From Candidatus Caenarcanales bacterium (GTDB taxonomy: Bacteria; Cyanobacteriota; Vampirovibrionia; Caenarcaniphilales; Caenarcanaceae): 64,000 nucleotides of DNA. The stretch covers positions 1,978 through 65,977 of the forward strand of contig JASJDU010000020.1 in assembly GCA_030065015.1 (NCBI GenBank). Direction: 5' to 3'. Below are positions 58,530 through 64,000 of this stretch, piece by piece; the stretch's first letter is position 1, and the number at the start of each line of letters is the position of its first letter. The position numbers and the translations under genes were made by a program. The notes beneath the pieces are model-generated. The model was given only the letters and a program-made list of their open reading frames with translations. It made no database searches and was not told where the DNA came from.

Positions 58530-59795
58530 CTAAACTGCAAAAAGTTCTTTAACTTTGTTTAGTCCATCAACTAAGAGATCAATATCCTCTTTTGTATTGT
58601 AAAAGCTAAAGGATGCTCTAGCGGTTGCAGATACTCCATAAAACTTCATCAATGGTTGTGCACAATGATGTCCAACTCGGATACAAATATTATTTTCATG
58701 ATCGAGTATGGTACCTATATCATGAGCGTGAGCATCATCCATTAAAAAAGAAATCAAACTGGCCTTTTCATCTGCGTTACCAATTATTCTCAACCCATCA
58801 ATATTCAACAATCTTTCAGTTGCGTATTCAAGTAGTTCATTTTCATAAGCTTCTATTTTATTAATGCCTATATTTTGGATATATTTGATTGCTTCTTCCA
58901 TCCCAATTACTTGAGCAATCGGTGGGGTTCCAGCTTCAAACTTCACAGGAGGAGGGGCAAAAGTAGTCTTTTCGAAGCTAACCTTATCTATCATATCTCC
59001 ACCGCCTTGATAAGGAGGGATTGCTTCCAACCACTTTAATTTTCCATAAAGAACTCCCACCCCAGTTGGTCCATATATTTTGTGACTGGAAAAAGTATAA
59101 AAGTCACAACCAATTGACTGAACATCAACTTTAGTATGCGGAGCTCCTTGTGCACCATCAATCAGCACCGGTACATTTTTACCATGAGCAATTTCAACTA
59201 TTTTTTCAATTGGATTAATAGTCCCCAAAACATTAGATATATGACTAATCGCAAGAATTTTTGTTTTATCCGTTATTAACTTTTCTAGCTCCTCAAGAAT
59301 TATTTCTCCTTTTTGGTTTATCGGTACAACTTTGAGATGAGCACCTCTTTCTTCACAAATCATCTGCCAAGGAACAATATTTGCATGATGTTCAAGGACA
59401 GAAATTAAGACCTCATCACCAGCTTGTAAAAATTTGCCTCCAAAGCTTCGTGCAATTAAGTTAATCCCATCGGTACAACCTTTTGTGAAAATAATCTCTT
59501 CTTCAGATTCAGCATTAATAAAATTTGCAACGGTCTTTCTTACGTTGTCAAAAGCGTAAGTTGAATTTTCACTAAGATAATAAAGCCCTCGTCTTACAGT
59601 AGAATTTTCAGAAGAGTAGTAATTGGTTATTTTGTCGATAACTTGCTTTGGTTTCTGAGTAGTTGCCCCATTATCCAAATAAACTATTCTTTTCCCATTA
59701 ACTTCTCTGCTAAGTATAGGAAAGTCTTCTCTGAACTTTTTTGCGTCTAAAACATTCAAATTTTCACTAGTCAACATTTCAGCACTAATTAACAA
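58530..59795 (-). CDS. sufS: Cysteine desulfurase, SufS/CsdA group
   Basis: PLP-binding SSHKIYGPTGVGVLYGK, the catalytic Cys loop (RVGHHCAQP), and 421 aa. Confidence 0.9.
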   Translation of the reverse strand: MLISAEMLTSENLNVLDAKKFREDFPILSREVNGKRIVYLDNGATTQKPKQVIDKITNYYSSENSTVRRGLYYLSENSTYAFDNVRKTVANFINAESEEEIIFTKGCTDGINLIARSFGGKFLQAGDEVLISVLEHHANIVPWQMICEERGAHLKVVPINQKGEIILEELEKLITDKTKILAISHISNVLGTINPIEKIVEIAHGKNVPVLIDGAQGAPHTKVDVQSIGCDFYTFSSHKIYGPTGVGVLYGKLKWLEAIPPYQGGGDMIDKVSFEKTTFAPPPVKFEAGTPPIAQVIGMEEAIKYIQNIGINKIEAYENELLEYATERLLNIDGLRIIGNADEKASLISFLMDDAHAHDIGTILDHENNICIRVGHHCAQPLMKFYGVSATARASFSFYNTKEDIDLLVDGLNKVKELFAV

Positions 59796-59987
59796 AACTC
59801 AAACTAACACCATTTTAGTATCAATTTAAATCTACCTCATTTTTTGCTTATTATCCAAGGGTTTCAAACCATTCACAGATATTAATTTGTTTTAATACCT
59901 TGTATCGCGGTGTTAATGAAAAACATTTTCCATACTCAGAGGAAACACTCCCATCAAAAAATATTTATAAAATAATCGATAAAGATA

Positions 59988-60512
59988 TTGATTGAAGAAA
60001 TGTTTAAAAATTCAATTAAAGTTTCAATCCTTCTATTAGCACTTTTCATAAGCTTTCAGCCCAGTTTAGGGTGGTTTGGTGAAGATAGTGAGGAGTATAA
60101 AAAACAACAAAGCACTCGTCAAAAAGATCTAAAAAGAAGAAAAGACCTAAAAGAGAGAAGGAAACAAAGAAAAGACAAAAGAAACAAAAAGAAAGAAGAC
60201 AATGATGATGGTTTATTCAAGAAACTAAGAAACCGCAAAAAGGAAAGAAAAAATAAAGACAGAACAAGTTTTTGGGAACGAGATAAAGAAAAAAAAGAAC
60301 AAAGAAAAGCTCAAAAAGAAAAAATCAAGTTACTCAAAAAAGAGAACAAATTATTAAAAGAACAAAAAAAATTACAAAACCAACTAAGCAGCCAACCAAT
60401 CAGACTTTATGAATTAAACAAGAAGCCAAGTCTCAAAGAAAAAATAACTTCTAAGTTCTTCAAATCTAAATATCCACAATCTAATAATGTTTTCTATCAA
60501 AGAAAATACTGA
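59988..60512 (+). CDS. Secreted, extremely K/R/E-rich protein
   Basis: A signal peptide, then RRKDLKERRKQRKDKRNKKKED...KEQRKAQKEKIKLLKKENKLLKEQKKLQ. Confidence 0.45.
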   Translation: MIEEMFKNSIKVSILLLALFISFQPSLGWFGEDSEEYKKQQSTRQKDLKRRKDLKERRKQRKDKRNKKKEDNDDGLFKKLRNRKKERKNKDRTSFWERDKEKKEQRKAQKEKIKLLKKENKLLKEQKKLQNQLSSQPIRLYELNKKPSLKEKITSKFFKSKYPQSNNVFYQRKY

Positions 60513-60516
60513 AAAT

Positions 60517-62277
60517 CTAAATAACAGAATGACCGAAAGGCATTGAAGAAATTTCTACTGGCAATTTACCAAGAAATTGATGCCTACCCAACAAACAGTT
60601 TGCAACAGCTACTTCAGCCTCAGAATAATTTTCATAAGCCAATACAAAAGTCTTCATCTTGGGTAACGCCGATATAGCATAGGGATTACCAAACATAATC
60701 ATAATTGAGGGCTTTTTCAAATCCGCCAAGCTTTTTAAAAGATCAACCTGCTCATTTGTAAATTCTATAGAACCTTTAAAAGCAGACACTCTAATAAAAC
60801 CAGCAATAATAATAAGATCAGCTTCCATTAAACGGTTTTTTATGAGATTCACTTCTGTCGAAGAAGTTTTATCAGTGAAATAAAGGTTTTCTGCTTGAGG
60901 ATACTTATCTTTCAGCTCTTGGTACAAGTGCTTTCCAGGGGTACCTTCTCTCCAACCATTCGCTGCATCCAAAACATTTAAGATAACTAGCTTTTTATTC
61001 TTAGATAGTTCAAGTGGTAATATGCCTTCATCATCCTTAACCAAGGTTATTGCGGATTGAATAACTTGGTTCGCAAGTTTTTTATGTGAATCATTGGAAA
61101 CATCCTGAAAATCATCAGAAGCCTTATTAGAGAACTTATAATCATTCATCTCTCCTACATCTCCACTAATATCTTTATACAAACTAGCTTTTGCTGTGAG
61201 AACTTTTCTCACAGACTCATTCAATCTAGCTTCTGAGATTTCTCCATTCAAGACAGCCTGCTTTATTGATTTAAAAGATTCTTCAACATTCACCGGATAC
61301 AGAATGATATCCGCACCCGCTTTTATAGCCATCACACTGGTTTTACCTTCGGGATAATTCTTTGCAATCCCTCCCATCATCATTGCATCAGTAAAAATGA
61401 GCCCTTGAAAATTCAATCTATTTTTCAATAGACCGGTAAGTATTTCTTTGGATAAAGTTGCTGGAAGATTATCTTTAGCGAAAGCAGGCAAAGTAATGTG
61501 TGCACTCATGATTGCAGGCACTCCTTCTTCAATACAGGCATCAAAGGGTTTCAGTTCAATGTCACTCAATCTAGTCCAATCAGCATTTATAGAAGGAAGC
61601 ATCAAATGAGAGTCTTTAACAGTATCTCCATGGCCAGGAAAATGTTTTGCCACTGCAATCCCTTGTCCCTCAGAGAATCCTCTCACATAAGCTCTAGCCA
61701 TTTTTGCAACAACCTCTGCCTCTCCCCCAAAAGAACGAATATTTATTATTGGGTTTTTTGAATTACTGTTCACATCGACGTCTGGATAGAAGTTAACATT
61801 AAAGCCCATTTCTCTGGACTCTTTTGCAACAAGATATCCAATTCTATAGGACATCTCTTCATCGAACGTAGCTCCAATGGCCATTGCTCTGGGCACTCGG
61901 GTTCCATCTTTAAAATAGAAACCCACTCCTCCTTCAAAATCAGCAGCTATTAATAAAGGAAGCTTACTCGCTGCCTGCATTCTTTCAATCAAAGCCCTTG
62001 TTTTCATTGAACTATGCAAAACTTTTTTCCCAATCAAAAAATGGTATCCACCTACTCTAAAATCCCGAATATTCCTCTCAATTTGTTCTTCGTCAACATT
62101 ATCAACTGGTACTGCAGGCATAATTAGTTGTCCAACTTTTTCATCGATCGACATCAACGAAATATATTGATCCACTCTCTGTTCCAAAGAGGTTTGAACA
62201 GCTTTATTTTTCGTCGATAATACAAAGATACAAATTGCAAATAGTACAATAAAAAAAGTAATAGTCTTTCTAGCCAT
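60517..62277 (-). CDS. Glycoside hydrolase family 3 beta-N-acetylhexosaminidase (NagZ-like) with a C-terminal extension, secreted or lipoprotein
   Basis: KHFPGHGDT and the GH3 catalytic region. Signal peptide. Length 586 aa. Confidence 0.8.
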   Translation of the reverse strand: MARKTITFFIVLFAICIFVLSTKNKAVQTSLEQRVDQYISLMSIDEKVGQLIMPAVPVDNVDEEQIERNIRDFRVGGYHFLIGKKVLHSSMKTRALIERMQAASKLPLLIAADFEGGVGFYFKDGTRVPRAMAIGATFDEEMSYRIGYLVAKESREMGFNVNFYPDVDVNSNSKNPIINIRSFGGEAEVVAKMARAYVRGFSEGQGIAVAKHFPGHGDTVKDSHLMLPSINADWTRLSDIELKPFDACIEEGVPAIMSAHITLPAFAKDNLPATLSKEILTGLLKNRLNFQGLIFTDAMMMGGIAKNYPEGKTSVMAIKAGADIILYPVNVEESFKSIKQAVLNGEISEARLNESVRKVLTAKASLYKDISGDVGEMNDYKFSNKASDDFQDVSNDSHKKLANQVIQSAITLVKDDEGILPLELSKNKKLVILNVLDAANGWREGTPGKHLYQELKDKYPQAENLYFTDKTSSTEVNLIKNRLMEADLIIIAGFIRVSAFKGSIEFTNEQVDLLKSLADLKKPSIMIMFGNPYAISALPKMKTFVLAYENYSEAEVAVANCLLGRHQFLGKLPVEISSMPFGHSVI

Positions 62278-62494
62278 TCAATCAACTCAATAAGTAAACC
62301 TTGGTCACAGAATAAAGTTTCCAAAAATCAATTCAATAACAATTAATCTCCAAAAGCAATATATAGACGAATTTATTCAAGGGCAATTACTAATACAGTT
62401 AATTATTTTGCTGGTCTAAAAGCATTAGAAAGCCTGTGTTGGAGGGTTTATCGAAGCACAATTAAAAGTCTTTCAGAAAGGAAGGATTGCTTCG

Positions 62495-63157
62495 GTGAGC
62501 AATATTGAATTACAAATAGGTTCTATAACATCATACTCAGAGGTTGATTTTCCTGGACATCCGTCTTTAGTCATCTCTCTCCAGGGTAGTATCTGGGACT
62601 GTTTTTACTCTAAAAAGCCATTGAAACAATTATTCAAGAAAAAATCCCACTACTCGTGGGGTGATGCACTAATTCAAATCATGAAACATCGCTCATCAAT
62701 TGACTCTATTGTATTTAATGGTGGAGAACCAACAATGCAAGAAGATCTGCCGGAAGCAATTAAACAAGTGAAAGAGATGGGACTTTTAGTATGCCTATAT
62801 ACCTCTGGCCTTTTCCCAAACAAATTATCCAACTGCTTAAATGATATTGACTTAATCTGCTTCGATTTCAAAGCACCTTTCAATAGACAATACGACTTCC
62901 TCAAGAAAGCAGACAATAATCATATACAGCCACTAATAAGCTTTAAGCAAATTGTTGCTTCGGGGAAGCCTTATATAATAAAGACCGATTTTCACTGTAG
63001 TCAAGTCAAACCGCTTGACAGTGAATCTCTAAGCCTCAAACTGAGAAGTCTTAACCTCCATGAAAGAACATACTCAGAATCAAGTCGAAGCAGAAAAACC
63101 AGTTGGAGAAGATATCTCAGATCTCAACAAGTAGAAGATGTTTGCATGATCAATTAA
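62495..63157 (+). CDS. Radical-SAM activating-enzyme-like protein (NrdG/QueE/PflA family) with a degenerate Fe-S motif
   Basis: FNGGEPTMQ matches the glycine-rich SAM motif of the family (NrdG SLSGGDP). Where the CxxxCxxC motif should be, it reads GSIWDCFYS, that is SxxxCxxS. Confidence 0.5.
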   Translation: MSNIELQIGSITSYSEVDFPGHPSLVISLQGSIWDCFYSKKPLKQLFKKKSHYSWGDALIQIMKHRSSIDSIVFNGGEPTMQEDLPEAIKQVKEMGLLVCLYTSGLFPNKLSNCLNDIDLICFDFKAPFNRQYDFLKKADNNHIQPLISFKQIVASGKPYIIKTDFHCSQVKPLDSESLSLKLRSLNLHERTYSESSRSRKTSWRRYLRSQQVEDVCMIN

Positions 63158-63179
63158 GATCTTTAATTACACTCGAAAA

Positions 63180-64000
63180 TCATTCATTAAACAGCTTTCT
63201 CGCATCAGTAATCTCTCCGGTTATAGCAGCAGCAGCAACCATAACTGGGCTCATTAAAACTGTTCTCCCAGAAGGACTTCCTTGGCGGCCTTTAAAGTTT
63301 CTGTTACTACTCGAAGCGCAGAGCTGTCTTCCTTGAAGCTTATCAGGATTCATTGCAAGACACATCGAACAACCAGCTTCACGCCATTCGAATCCTGCCT
63401 CTTCAAAGACTTTATCTAAACCCTTGTTTTCAGCTTCAAGCTTAACCCTCATCGAACCAGGCACAACCAAGGCTTTCACCTTGGAAGAAACTTTTTGACC
63501 TTTAACATATTTGGCTACTTCCTCTAAATCACTGAGGCGACCATTAGTACAACTACCAATAAAGGCAACATCAATTTTTGTTCCAGCTATTGGTTGATGT
63601 TCCTTTAAATCCATATACTCTAAAGCTTCCTTTAAAGTTAACTTATCTTCTTCTTTTACTTCATTTTCAGAGGGAATAAGATCTTCAATGGACATAGCCT
63701 GACCAGGGTTGATTCCCCAAGTCACAGTTGGAGCAATTTCAACAGCTTCTATATTCACAATATCATCATATTCAGCATCACTATCAGAAGCTAGTGATTT
63801 CCAATATTCAACTGCTTTCTGCCATTTCTCTCCCTTGGGAGAATATTCTCTATCTTTCAGGTAATCGAATGTTTTTTGATCTGGGTTAACATATCCAACA
63901 CGAGCACCTCCCTCAATGGACATATTGCAGAGAGTCATACGCTCTTCCATATTCATATTCTCTATAGTTGAACCACCATATTCATAGGCATAACCAATAC
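63180..64000 (-). CDS. leuC: 3-isopropylmalate dehydratase large subunit (aconitase family), C-terminal part; truncated by the window end
   Basis: [17 protein letters not shown] and GSCTNGR aconitase-family motifs. The frame continues past 64000. Confidence 0.8.
   Translation of the reverse strand, partial: IGYAYEYGGSTIENMNMEERMTLCNMSIEGGARVGYVNPDQKTFDYLKDREYSPKGEKWQKAVEYWKSLASDSDAEYDDIVNIEAVEIAPTVTWGINPGQAMSIEDLIPSENEVKEEDKLTLKEALEYMDLKEHQPIAGTKIDVAFIGSCTNGRLSDLEEVAKYVKGQKVSSKVKALVVPGSMRVKLEAENKGLDKVFEEAGFEWREAGCSMCLAMNPDKLQGRQLCASSSNRNFKGRQGSPSGRTVLMSPVMVAAAAITGEITDARKLFNE

Noticed and set aside
1-64000. CRISPR arrays, transposases, integrases and prophage genes
   Set aside because: I scanned intergenic regions and ORF translations. 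There are no regularly spaced direct repeats, no DDE/serine/tyrosine recombinase signatures and no phage structural genes. The window looks like core chromosome.

Overview
This is an AT-rich bacterial chromosomal window (GC looks low by eye, with no number computed). It is densely packed with housekeeping genes on both strands, and I saw no transposase, integrase, phage gene or CRISPR array. The following genes are recognisable from sequence.

- **Core functions:** tatD, serS, a tadA/cpaF-tadB-tadC pilus-secretion trio, a PTPS-family enzyme next to a short-chain dehydrogenase, a purC-purS fusion, a Dam-type adenine methylase, mgtC, kdsB, a class-I-like ribonucleotide reductase alpha subunit with an ATP-cone, and purA.
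- **Ribosomal block:** rpsN (zinc-ribbon short form), rpsH, rplF, rplR, rpsE, rplO, secY and adk on the minus strand, with tRNA-Gly(GCC) immediately upstream.
- **Others:** era, an acyl-CoA ligase, a TPP-dependent decarboxylase, rpmA, a LeuA/CimA-type synthase, the small-form purL, an SprT-like protein, tatA, an S41 C-terminal-processing protease, hisF, ispF, rsfS, an M48 peptidase, sufE, sufS, a GH3 hexosaminidase, and a leuC fragment cut by the window end.

The parts that stand out are as follows.

- **sufE-sufS segment (55.5-58.5 kb):** about 3 kb between the convergent sufE and sufS genes holds a frame-interrupted gene. One break is at an A7 run. An open frame with no start codon encodes a bilobed hydrophobic Gly/Ala/Ser-rich domain.
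- **STAND-type NTPase (47039-50113):** a 1024-aa membrane-anchored P-loop protein with a TPR sensor region.
- **Degenerate RecQ paralog:** the Zn-binding cysteines are kept but the Walker A, DEAH and arginine-finger motifs are lost.
- **Degenerate radical-SAM activase-like protein:** the CxxxCxxC motif has decayed to SxxxCxxS.
- **Low-complexity secreted proteins:** a family of Q/P/N/Y-rich and Cys/Pro-rich secreted proteins sits at 15-24 kb.
- **GC-rich hairpin island (541-680):** a multi-hairpin intergenic element in an otherwise AT-rich window.

An SLH-domain protein together with kdsB, and the absence of an L30 gene in the S5-L15 gap, point to a diderm lineage. I do not assign a phylum.
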